Positions 40,198 to 52,082 of a DNA stretch of 64,000 nucleotides are shown here, piece after piece. Source of the DNA: Paraspadella gotoi (taxonomy: Eukaryota; Animalia; Chaetognatha); assembly GCA_051294375.1 (NCBI GenBank), contig CM119271.1, positions 12,207,422 to 12,271,421 on the forward strand, read 5' to 3'. How positions within the stretch are numbered: the first letter of the stretch is position 1; each line of letters begins with the position of its first letter. The notes below the pieces were generated by a model. The model saw only the letters and a program-made list of their open reading frames with translations, made no database searches and was not told the origin of the DNA. A program made the position numbers and the translations under genes.

Positions 40198-41859
40198 CCA
40201 GAGTCCGATATCCATCGTTCTCCGGCCAGAGATCGACTTTGAATTTACGACCTTCCAGGTATTCCTCGTCGCCGCCGCCGCCGCCGTCATCGTCGTCATC
40301 GTCATACGTCGTCGTCGTTTTGTTGTTGTCGTTGTTTGTTGAGGTCTTTTTTAAATAGTTTACCTTTAGCCTATTCGCTAATTCACCTTTCAGTATTTTC
40401 TTCATACCTTCCGACCAAATAATTTCAGTCTGTCTACTTTTTTAAAATACTTCATTCCTGTCTTCCCAAGCTATCTTTTCCCTATTTTCGCATTCTCTTC
40501 TCCTTCCCTTTCCTCCTTCCTCTCTCCGTTCCCTTTCTCCTCCGCTCCCTCTCTGCTCCTTTTTGCCTTCCTCTCTCTCCCTGTCCTCTCTTACTTTTCC
40601 TCCATCTCGTCTCTCCTCTCTCCCTTCTCTTCCCTCCTCTCTGCCTCCCTCATCCCTCCCTCTCCCCTCGCTCTCTCCCTTCTCCTCCCCTCGCCATCTT
40701 TCCCTCTCGCTCCACCATCTCTCCTCCTCTTTCCTCTCCGCTCCTCTCATCTCCTCTCCCATCTTCTCCTCCTTCCCTCTCTCCTTCTCTTCTCCTCTCT
40801 CCTCTCCCTCATACCCCCATTCTCTCGCCTCTCTTCCTCTTTCTCCTCCTCCTCCTCTCTAACTCCACCTGCCTCTCGCCTCTTTCCTCATCTCGTCTTC
40901 CCTCATCTCGGCAGAAATTCCGAGTTTCGTCTGGACGTAACGAGATTTATCGATGGCAAAGGAAGTGGGAGAACCAGAATAGTCGAGAGGAGGCAGGAGG
41001 GGAGGGAGGGAGGGAGGGTAGAGAGGGAGGGAGGGAGGGAGAGGAGGGGAGGGGGGGGGAGGAGAGAGAGGAGGAGGGAAGAGAGGGAGGGAAGGAAAGA
41101 GGGAGGGAGAGAGGGGTGAGGGAGTGGAGGGAGGGAGAGGTAAAGGGAGGAGAAGGGAGAGAGGAGAGGGAGAGGAGGAGGGAGAGAGGAAGGGAAGAAG
41201 GAGGGAGAGAGAGGAGGGAGGAAGAAGAGAGGGAGGAGAGAGGAGAGAGAAGGAGTGAGAAGGAGGGAAGCAGAGGAGGGAGGAGGAAGGAAGGGAGAGA
41301 GAGGAGAGAGAGGGAGGAAGAGAGGAGAAAGAGAAAGAGAAAATAGAGAGAAAGCTTAGGAAAATAGTTAATGCTACAAACGAATAAATTAAAGCCAGGA
41401 ATTTTCTCCTCGGTGTAATGATTTATAATTCTACTAATTAGTTGCAATTTTTATTCGTACTGAAGCGCTTTCACCTTTTAACTGTGCGTCAAGTAATGTG
41501 TCACTGTGCCAAGGCGAATCTGTTTTCTGTAACTGACCATAAATTTGTTCGCTTTATTTTTTCGAAAAGTGTTTGACTTTTGTATTAAATCAATTTATTA
41601 AAGGGACCAGATATATTTAAAAAAATAACATAAAAAACTTAAAAAACAAATTAACAATAACAAATATAAACAAAATATAAAGCAAAAAACAAAAACAAAC
41701 AACAACGAACAACAGCATACTGAGAGAACATCTGGCAATTCTGCATCTGGTTTGACGACTGGGGCGCCAAGCGAGAAAGGAGAATTAAAAAAAAGAAAAA
41801 AACAAGTCAAGTTTGGGAAATGAGAAGGGAGTGCGAGGTCGAAGTGAAGCCGGGCGATG

Positions 41860-41909
<50 letters not shown>

Positions 41910-42647
41910 AGAGAAGAGAGAGAGAAGAGAGAGAGAGAGAGAGAAGAGAGAGAGAGAAGAGAGATAACGAAACAGAAAAGCTAGACTCAGAGTTTGAAAG
42001 CAAAAAGAGTAAAGAAAAAGTAAAAGTTTCATTAATGAACAATTGAACATCAATCATTGAACAATGTCTGGGAATAGTTATTGCCTTCATAATCATCAGC
42101 AGATCTGTATACACAATGACTATCGCGGATCGGTATCCGAATCTCCGCTTTCAAAGTCTCAGGATGTCATTGCAGCTATCACATAATTAACTATCACAAT
42201 TCACCATCTCTAGACCATTTTATAAAAGGCGCCATACTAAACGCCATTTCGCAACGCCTCTTCAAAAACGCCATTTCAAAACACATCTCAAACGCCTTTT
42301 AAAAGCGCCATCTCGAAACGCCATCGTCGAAACGGCACATTTCGCAAACGCCTCTCGAAACGGCCCATTTCGGCACGCCATCTCCAAATGCATTTTAGGT
42401 CAACGGTCGGTCGCGTTTTCCTCAATTCGAATATAATTAATTTCGGTTGTCGATTCGCGTGTGGTCATCGCGCTCGCGGGAGAGAAAGAGAAGAGAGAGG
42501 AAGAGGGGGAGAAAGGAGGACAGGGACGGAAGAGGAAGAAAGGAGAGGAAAAAGGACATCTGCCGGAGCGATGTTTTTTTCCCAAACTGTTTTTTTCGCG
42601 ATAATATTTTATTGGTTTTCGCAGAGACAGAGCTGGTAAGAAGAGAG

Positions 42648-42727
<80 letters not shown>

Positions 42728-42832
42728 AGAGCTTTTATATATAATTACTAAGCTACATATGAGTCCGAAATCGGGTTCCGTGATATTAATAACTCGAAAA
42801 GTGAAAAAGAAGAAAATTGAGAATGACGTAGC

Positions 42833-42954
42833 CTTGACGTTTGCTCGACCCTGATCGTGATTGTCATTGGATGGATCGTTGCAAATCGGAAGAGAGTTGC
42901 TTGCCTCTCGACGTAATATGTGCAGCTCCTCAACTGAAACTGCACAGGAATGAC
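42833..42954 (-). other. Indel-ridden mirror copy of exon 26685-26801 (probable assembly artefact)
   Basis: Reverse complement of 26685-26801 with scattered small insertions, inside the large inverted duplicate. Confidence 0.8.
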
Positions 42955-43606
42955 CTGGGGAGGGAGGGTGGGGAGAGAGGGAGGGAGAGGGAGAGAGAGA
43001 GGGAGGAGAGAGGGAGAAAGGAACGAGAGAGAGGAGAGAGAGGAAGGGGATAGAAAGGGAGAGGAGGGGAGAGAGGAAGGGAGAGGAAGGAAGGTAGGGA
43101 AGAAGAAGGGGAAAGAAGGGGGAGAGAGGGAAAAAAAGATGGAAAAGAGAAAGTTGAACAATAAATAGAATTAAAAGGGAAAAGTAATAAACTTTATTGT
43201 TATTTTCGTTTTTTGTTTGTTTTTTTGTTTTTTTTTAAGTGACCGCCCAAAAAAGTCGAATCAACCTCAAATAATATTGTTCTGTCTGTCATAAAAGGAA
43301 AAAAATAATTAAAATCTTCTTTTATTAGACGTGCGATATATTTGGCGAAGAAAATTTTTTTTTTTCTTTTTCCAGGATAAAAAAAAATGTCAGTTTTCCA
43401 CTTTTCTGAATTTTGAACAGCAAAAAAAACAAAAAAAAACAAATGAACAATACAGATAAAAAAACTGATCATTATGTCAAATTTTAGCAACGCATGTTTT
43501 TAAGTTTAGCGAGACTCATATCTTTCGTCCCTACACTGCACTTCTCTCACTCTCTCTCTCTCTCTCTATCTGCTCCTCTTCTCTCTCTCTCTTGCTCTCT
43601 CTCTGC

Positions 43607-43655
<49 letters not shown>

Positions 43656-43975
43656 TATCTCATCTCTCTCGTCTCCTCTTCCGTCATCTCTCTCCTCCTC
43701 TCTGCTCTCTAGAACCGTTTCTACGTGGAGGCGCAGATAAATCTAGATCAACAAATCACAAATGTGCCGTGTGAGAGAGACGGAGAGGAGAGAGGGAGAG
43801 AGAGACAGAGAGAGAAAGAAAGAAAAGAGAAGAAAGAAAGAAAGAAAGAAAGAAAGCAAAAAGAAAGAAAAAAGAAGAAAGAAAGAAAGAAAGATTTTCA
43901 TCGTCAGTCAGGAGTAAACAGATTAAGTCTTTTCCTCAAAATGGCGACGTTTTTAATCTCGTCGTCGTCCGTCGT

Positions 43976-44008
<33 letters not shown>

Positions 44009-45245
44009 TTTCTTCGTCGTCGTCGTCGTCGTCGTCATCATTGTCGTCTTTCTCGCGCCTCTCCTTTTCAAAACATCCATAACGCGAACGACGACGACAC
44101 GGAACGATGATAGCGACCGATGGACGATAACGGAGATACGACGAGCGGTAACGACGAGGTAGAACGAATCATCCTTGGATATCGCGAAGCCTTTTTTTAT
44201 TCCATTTATTCATATCGAACTGATTAAATTTATAATGATATTTTATTTGACTATATTGATTGTTATTTTATTTCTCATCTCTCTCTCTCTCGTCTCTCTC
44301 TCTTCTCCTCTCTCTCTCTCTCTCTCTGCTCTCTCCTCTCTCTCTCTCTCTCTCTCTCATCTAAGGAAGCGAAAATTTCCATCTCAGGTCACAGGGCTGG
44401 AAGACCGAAAGACGACGACGACGACGACGACGACGAAGAAGAAGAAAGAAGAAGAAGAAGAAGTAAGAAGAAGAAGAAAGAAGAAGAAGAAGAAGAAGAA
44501 GAAGAAGAAGAAGATTTAGATTATCTTTTGAGTGCGAAACAGAACGAAAACTCAAATTTTGATGAGAAAAAAAAAGACTCGAAGTCACTTTGGGTTTTTT
44601 GTCTTCTTTTTTTTCTAATTTGTAAAAATCGTTGTTTCAATACCAATAATAAATCCTTGTAAAACCTAGTGAAAAAAAGTAAAGGAGTTTTTTTTTTTCT
44701 TTTCTCTCCTTTCTCTCTCTCTCTCACTCACTTTCTTCTTCCTCGCTGTCTCTCTCTCTTATTTTCAGCCTGTCTCTTCTAACAGTCCTCACAGTCTCAC
44801 AGATTCGAGCGAGCAAAAAGCTTCATATCAGTCACAACTAGAAACGGATGTCGTAATCGATGAAAACTCTCTCTCTCTCCTTCTCGCCCCTCTCTCTCTC
44901 CTTCTCCTCTCTCCTCTCCTCTCCCTCTCTCTCTCTCTCTCACACACACACACTTACACACTTCTCTTCTAATATTAAGCAACGTAATTCAATACAAATT
45001 TGACAATTTTTTTTTTTGTAATGTGAAATTAAACTTGGAAAAAAAATGGTGGAAGAGGAGAAAAAAATGATAATAAGAATTCATGGATTAATTAAAGCCG
45101 AAGTAGATGACGACAGAAGTCAAATTTAATTAAGATTATCTGAACGAAAAAGGGATCTCACAAAGGAGTGGAAGAAAAAATTCTGCTTCTTTCTCTTTGT
45201 TTTCTCCCTTCTCCGTCTCTCTCTCTCTCCTCTCTGCCTCTCTCT

Positions 45246-45276
<31 letters not shown>

Positions 45277-46381
45277 TTCTTTTTTTTTTCTATTAAACCG
45301 ACTTCCTCTTGTAATGACCTTCCAATCTATCATAAACGTTAATACAATTTTGGGAGTACCATCTCTCTTCTCTCTCTTCTTCTCTCTCTCTCTCTCTCAT
45401 TCTCCTCATCTCTCTTCTCTCTCTCTCTCTCTCTCTGCCCTCTCTGCTCTCTCTCTCTTCTCGTCTTCTCTCTCTCTCTCTCTCTCTAAAACGCCTCTAT
45501 AGCCTTTTTTCTCGCCCGCACAACGGAACTCCTGCCAAGAAAGCTCAAATGGGGCATTAATTAGTGAAAATGTAGGATCAGGATAAATGGATTCTTTTTC
45601 TTTCAACACCGTTGGGAGAGAGAGAGTGGGAGGAAAAAGAGAGAGTGGGAGGGGAGAGAGAGAGAGGTAGGGAGAATTGCATCTGCTCCGTCTCTTCCCG
45701 AATTACATTTCAGCATTTGCTTTTAATTTTTTCTTTCGCCTTCATTTTTTCTCTCAATTTTTTGTAGTCGGATCTGCATTCAGCAGATCTCGACTCTAGG
45801 TATTTCACTTGTTCGGTCCGTCGGTCCACCCCCCTCAACTGTCGGGCATTCACTATATATCATGTCAGAACATCGAATTATGGAAAATTAATTGCAAAAA
45901 AAAAATGATGTCCTCGTTCTGTTTCCAGTCCTTACCCTCTCATCTGCTGTCTGTCTGTCCATCCGAGTGGAAATGAGTGTTAAATGGCAAAAAACAAAGA
46001 ACCTGTTTCAACTAATTGATTATGCTTCTTTTTTTAATAATATTAAAATGTAAAATGCATAGTATGTGATTGAATGTATCAAATAATTTAAATTTATTAT
46101 TTCAATCAATTGAATTCAATTAAATTAATTAATATGATTAATTAATCACTGCATTAGTCAATCAAAAGTATCAATTATTTAGTTATCTATTGATTATTTA
46201 TTTCAATAATCATTTATTATAAAATTTAATTAATTATTTAATCAATCAATCAATTTAATTTAATTTATTAATCATTATTTTAGTTTATATTGTTTTGATT
46301 AATTAATTACCGCAGATCCGACATTGTTTTGCTCAAACTTGTTTTTCGTTTCAAATAATCGTTCACTTTTTGTTTCCGACT

Positions 46382-46460
<79 letters not shown>

Positions 46461-47316
46461 CTCTCTCTCTCTCGTCTCTCTCGCAAATGGAACGGGTCCC
46501 CGGGCTCATATAAGCTCCAACTCTAGATGCGGAACTCTGCAACGATACCAAAGACTGTACGCACACTCCTTTGGCAGAATCGATACGTTAGGCAATGCTT
46601 CATGTGCCTTCTTTGTCCATTCTGAATTGCTTTAAACCTTTCTCTCCGCCGGTTCCCTTGTTCTTGATTCCCGTTCTCAGAAACAAAATTTTTAACAAGC
46701 CTTCACCCGTAATAGGATAACCGCATGAGGATCAGTAGGGCATTTAAACCGATTTCAACTTGATTAACCCGGAAATAAGAAAAAATTTCCTAACATCAGC
46801 CGTTAGCCACGTAGGCGTTTTATAAAAATTTAAAATATTTTCCCATTTGAAACGAGAAGGAGTATTTTGAAAAATGTTTAAGGTTGCGATGTTTCGTTAA
46901 AAGTAATTTATTTTAAAATACGGAATCTACTATATGCGCTACGGATGTTGATCTGTCTAATGATAGTCAAATTTAAAATGTCAATTTGGGACTTTTTTAA
47001 TCATCGGTCGTTTCGTTGGACTTTGTTGTTTTTTTTGGTTGTCATCGTATTCTTCGTCGTCGTCGTCCGTCGTCGTCGTCGTCGTCCCTTTTGAAGATTA
47101 ATGAACCCCCGGACCTAAAAAAAAAAATCTTTTGATTCAAAACAAAAGGTAAATGGATTTTTTCTCGAAAATAATCATCACAAAATCATAAAATGATGAT
47201 TCCTAACTTTTCATAAAGAACAAGGATAAGGCTAAATTTAACTCCAAATGGAATAGGAAACTAATCAGTGAATCAAAAGAATCTTGTCAGAATCGACAAG
47301 GCGCTACGGTCTCAAC

Positions 47317-47442
47317 CTTAAATTTGCACTCGTCCTTGATCATCTTAAACGTCAATTCGCGCAGCGCGTCCTCTGCAGAAACCCGGACGGTGCGGAACAA
47401 CGTAAAGCGGCGAGGCGTCTTCGCCTCCGGGTAAAGAATACA
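47317..47442 (-). other. Indel-ridden mirror copy of exon 22275-22388 (probable assembly artefact)
   Basis: Reverse complement of 22275-22388 with multiple small insertions, inside the large inverted duplicate. Confidence 0.8.
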
Positions 47443-47955
47443 CTGAAGGGAGAAAACAGAAACAAAAGGGGGGGAGGGAGGCGGTCAGTGTTTTGTTTTT
47501 TTTTTTTGTTGTCCGTTCTTGTTTTTGTTTTGGGTTGTTTTTTATTTGGGGGTAAATGGAGAGAGACAAAGGGCTGGCGCGGAACGGGCTGGGAAAGGTT
47601 GTTTTAAGCTGTTAGTTTTAATTTAAAATATTTATAAATACACATTTTTATTAAAAAAAAAAGGAATACATTTGTTAAAAATTGAGGGGATGATGATTAA
47701 GAGAGAGAAGACGAGAGACAGAGACAGAAGAGAGAGAGAAGAGAGAGGGGATAGGAGATGATGACCGTCGAGAGGAAGAGGGAGGATGAGGAGAGATGAA
47801 GAAAGAAGGAGCAGAAGGAGAGAGAGAGAGAAGGAAAGGTAAAAATTCATCCACAGATCCTTTTTTTTTTTTTTTTTTTTTTTTGTTTTTTTTAGTTTTT
47901 TTTTTTTTTTTTTTATTTTTTTTTTTTAACNNNNNNNNNNNNNNNNNNNNNNNNN

Positions 47956-48510
47956 GTGCCTTGGTGCTTCCCAGTTCAAACGGACACTTCCCTCCCTCCC
48001 CCTCCTCTTTCCCTCTCTCCCTCTCTTCTCCCTCCCTCTCTCCCTCTCTTCCCTCCCTCACTTCCTCACTCCCTCCTCTCTCCCTCTCTCCCTCCTCCCT
48101 CCCTCTCTCACTCCTTCTCTCCCTCCCCCTAATTCTTCTCACCTGAGCAAATATTCGGTTGTTTATTTTTCCGTCTCCTTCAGCAACGCGTCTCGTCCGA
48201 ACGCCGTGATGACCTCGCTCCTCGACGCCCGCGGCCTCGGGCGAGCGGCGGCGCCTTCATCGCGCCGCAAAATCACTTCCGGTCCTCGTCGGCGCGGGCG
48301 TCGGGGAGCGTCGACGCCGCAGCGATGACGCCGCTTTGGATTTTCCGGCGAGAATTTCCGGAATTTCGATTCCACCTGCGGATTTATTATTAATATCAGA
48401 TTATTATATTATAATGACAATATATATTATTATATTTTTATATTTTAAGTATTTACTAAGTATTGAAGTCGGGCAATGCAGCGAATTCACCCCGCATGAC
48501 CACCTCAGTC
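47956..48510 (+). other. Direct duplicate of about 34266-34815
   Basis: Near-identical GC-rich block plus SINE 5' fragment; starts at a 25-N gap and diverges just before the hAT TSD. Confidence 0.85.
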
Positions 48511-49057
48511 TACCCCCTTTTTCTTAGTTTATTTTTTCGGGGCTGTATTTTCCAAAATCGTCTTAAATCCGCCAAACTTATTTTAAACTTAATATCTAAC
48601 TCTACTAATCTTTTTATTTTATGAAATTCGTACAACCAATACGAACAGGCTTTGGTGGTTTAAGGCCTCCATCACTCTTACAAGATAATGACATAGCTGT
48701 TCCTTGCGAGCTTTATGTTTTTTTTCTCTATCGAATTTTAATTATTATTTTTTCTCTTTTTTTTTATCGTTCAAAATCTTCTTCGGCTAATTAAAAATCC
48801 CCCCCTGCGTTTCAAGTCACACGTGCTTTTCTGTTGCGTGTACGCGTGTACGCGACTTTGCATGCACGTTAGAAGGCGTCTGTCGGGTTGGAGATAGGAC
48901 AATCGCATCAATATAGAGATGGGTTGCAGATGAGACAAATGCATCAATATAGAGATGGGTTGCGGATGAGACGGGCCGTAGACGTGTTGGTCAACACAGT
49001 TTTACGACTTCCGGCAAAAGGTGATGACTTTCACGAACGCTTGACTCAATCAAATGT

Positions 49058-49185
<128 letters not shown>

Positions 49186-50748
49186 CAGTCATTCCACTCA
49201 TTTCGTTCTTCCGCGACATCGATTTATCAACGAACTCATTTCTTAATTCGAAGTCACATCGTCACTTAAACAACGAGGGCGGCGCCGGTTGGCTGCTGCT
49301 GCTGGGACGGGCCGCTGCTGGCGCTGCATCCCCGTCCGCTGCCGTCATCGTCAAAGACTCAGTCGAACACAGAAAAACGCAAAAGGGTCAAGAATGATGA
49401 GGCGAAGCGACGAAGTCGGATTCATTGACTCTCTTTACCCTCAGCAATATCTTTGTTCCACTTTCGATTCCTTGTGACCAAATTGCGTTCAACGATGTGA
49501 ATCGTCTTCTTTTCACTTAACCGGATCTCTGACGACATCACAAGGTCTTATAATCTTCATTCACGCGGAATCAACCCTATGAAACACTTTTCGGTCGGTC
49601 GGTCGTATATTTGTCCGTCGGTACTGTCCCACTTACGATAAAAATGCATATAATTTCTCAATAGTTGGTTGCTCATTTGTAAAGACAGGAAAAAATCTGA
49701 AATCTATGTGACTGCTAGCGCCGCCTTCAGGAAATCATAAAACTATAAAGAATAAAAAAGAAAGTCACTGCGGCGCAACATTTAAATTTCCGTTCTTGCT
49801 TATTGTAAATCACTTAATCCCTGAAATTGTACAATTTTTTAAAATTTTTTTTTCAATTTTTTTTTGGCTATATAATTTTATATAATATTAGGAGGATTTT
49901 TCTGTTACTTTCTCTACTATGAACATTTTCCCTTTACTTTCTATAGAAATTTGCTCTTCTGTCTGCACCGAATAGATCTTCCCTTGCATCGCTTTACACA
50001 AAATAAAAATTTTTTGCCTGTTTTAGTCTTAATAAACCAGATGGCTTCACAAACAAAAGAGCATTTTGAAAAATAAAATAGCAATCAATTTTAGTTTAAG
50101 TACATCCACTAGAGGTTTTAATATTTTTTTCTGAAACAAAAAAATAGTCCTATTAAATTTGTTTTATGTTTTCACCCTATTCTACAAGAGGGCTTTAAAA
50201 AGAAGGAAGTTTTTTGTAAAACAAGGGAACATTCTAAATAAACTTCATCTGCACCCACTAGGTCTTCACTTGCACCTGCTCTTCAACGAAATAGCAATTG
50301 TTTTTTAAAATTTTTATTATCTTAAATATTTTTTTGGATAATTTTTAATATTTTTTTTCTTATTTTATTTTATTCTATTTTCTATTTCATGTCTTGATCA
50401 AAGAATTTTAATCATATATCATATATCAAAACAAAAATAATATTGTTTTGAATTATAAAATATTTTTGCAAGTACCAAAATGTTATTAGTGCCCGCAGTA
50501 ACAGTTCAGTTTAAGCCCTTGAAAGTGATTTACATGTATTGGCGCAGCCACTGGTCTCTCTCTTCACGTGCCACTTTTATTCTCACGTCCAACTGACCTT
50601 TTCATTTTAACCACCTGACCACTTCATTCTTCCACCCTACTTGACCACTTCTTTCTGTCGAGAAAAAACCAGAAGTGACGAATCGAAACAAAATAGATTT
50701 CGCAATCAATTCGCACGAGGCGGTCCGCGTAAAGGCGACCTTGCAAAT

Positions 50749-51047
50749 TGCCTCAGTGTGTAGTCTGGCATTGCATAAGTTCACCCCGCCTATAAGCATG
50801 ACTCCTTCTGTTGTGACCCGGTGGCTCATTGAGTAAAGCCATCAGCTCATGACCACTAGGTACCGGGTTCAATCCAACCCGGTACCTATCCTGTGGGAAG
50901 CGTGAGGACGGCCGTAAACCGCCTTGTGGGCGTGGAAAACCTTCAAACCTAGTTCCAAGCCGTGGGACCCGTTCCATGGCCGCTAGAGGGGGTCAAAGAA
51001 GTTGCGGAAAGCACTCTTCAGTCTTCAGCCCACTTAGCGCCAAGTGC
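50749..51047 (+). mobile_element. tRNA-derived SINE, best-preserved copy
   Basis: A-box-like TGGCTCATTGAG (50822), CTCATGA anticodon-loop-like motif, B box GGTTCAATCC (50866-50875), body CGTAAACCGCCTTG..GGAAAACCTTCAA.CCT.GTTCCAAGCC..GTCTTCAGCCCACTTAG shared with diverged copies; flanked by imperfect direct repeats 50731-50748 and 51048-51064. Confidence 0.8.
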
Positions 51048-51574
51048 AAAGTCGACCTTGAAATATCTTATTTGCACAGGAGACCTAATAATTATGAAAT
51101 TTGTACAATATAAAGATTATCCATTCGTTTATTGAATAAGCTATCGATATGCTACTGTGAGTTAAGTCCTCCATCTCTCTTATATCTCTATAAAGTCACA
51201 CTTACAATGTTAAGCCAATTTAAATTAAAATTGACATTTAAATTTACATTGAAATTGATATTAGAAATGAAATTGACATTGAAATTTAAATTGTCATTTA
51301 AATTACGTCAGTGAAAAATCGATCTTTAAAGCTAAAAACTAAGGCAAAGGAGTCAGAAGTTTGTCATCCTCGTAACAGCGTCCGTGAAAAGCCGTACCTA
51401 TTTTGCTGTCCGTTCCTCGCCTTCTTAACGTCCGTACATCGTTGTCAGTACCGCGCCCACCCAACGTCGGTACATCGCCGTCCGTGCAATGGCGTCCGTG
51501 CAAAGTCAACCGTTCAGCCTCGTTTTCGCTTCGTTTCCTTCGTCCACTTTAATTCTTTTTTTTTTCACCGTCAG

Positions 51575-51763
51575 GTCGGGCGTCGATCGAGCGGCGCGAT
51601 TACCGCCTCGTGACGCCGCCAGCGCCGCCGCTGCTGCCGCCGCCGGTCCCGCCACCGCCGCCGCCGCCGATTCGATTCGCCGGAAACGAGGGCGGAATTC
51701 TCGGCGCCGGAGGCTCTCGGTCGGCGGAGAAATTCTTACGCTTGAATCGACCGGTAGAGGGCG
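51575..51763 (+). CDS. Candidate internal exon, GC-rich, polyproline (RASIERRDYRLVTPPAPPLLPPPVPPPPPPPIRFAGNEGG...) or poly-Ala in an alternative open frame
   Basis: T-rich tract + CAG acceptor (51572-51574), 189 nt (multiple of 3), consensus GTGAGT donor at 51764. No family recognised; frame ambiguous. Confidence 0.5.
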
Positions 51764-52048
51764 GTGAGTTGAAACGGGGNNNNNNNNNNNNNNNNNNNNN
51801 NNNNNNNNNNNNNNNNNNNNNNNNNNNNNNNNNNNNNNNNNNNNNNNNNNNNNNNNNNNNNNNNNNNNNNNNNNNNNNNNNNNNNNNNNNNNNNNNNNNN
51901 NNNNNNNNNNNNNNNNNNNNNNNNNNNNNNNNNNNNNNNNNNNNNNNNNNNNNNNNNNNNGTGAGATTTCAGGATTTTTGGTAAAAAAAGTGAATGAAAA
52001 AAAGAAATTGAGTGAAATTGTTTTCGGTTTTTAGGTGACGTTTGGACG

Positions 52049-52082
<34 letters not shown>

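Larger units (their letters stand above)
37362..47650 (-). other. Noisy inverted duplicate of 22114-33985 (probable long-read gap fill)
   Basis: Collinear reverse complement, N gaps of the left copy are filled here, error density rises towards 47650, ends near the 25-N gap at 47931-47955. Confidence 0.9.

Noticed and set aside
42619-42640. 11-nt microexon-like TTTTCGCAG|AGACAGAGCTG|GTAAGA
   Set aside because: Only visible in the error-prone mirror arm, antisense to the RhoGEF exons; cannot be supported without reads.
42833-47442. Inverted paralogue or pseudogene of the RhoGEF gene
   Set aside because: Differences are random insertions spread equally over exon and intron, as expected from raw long-read error.
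50815-50890. Functional tRNA-Met gene
   Set aside because: Anticodon and acceptor stems do not pair; embedded in a dispersed repeat, so treated as a SINE head.
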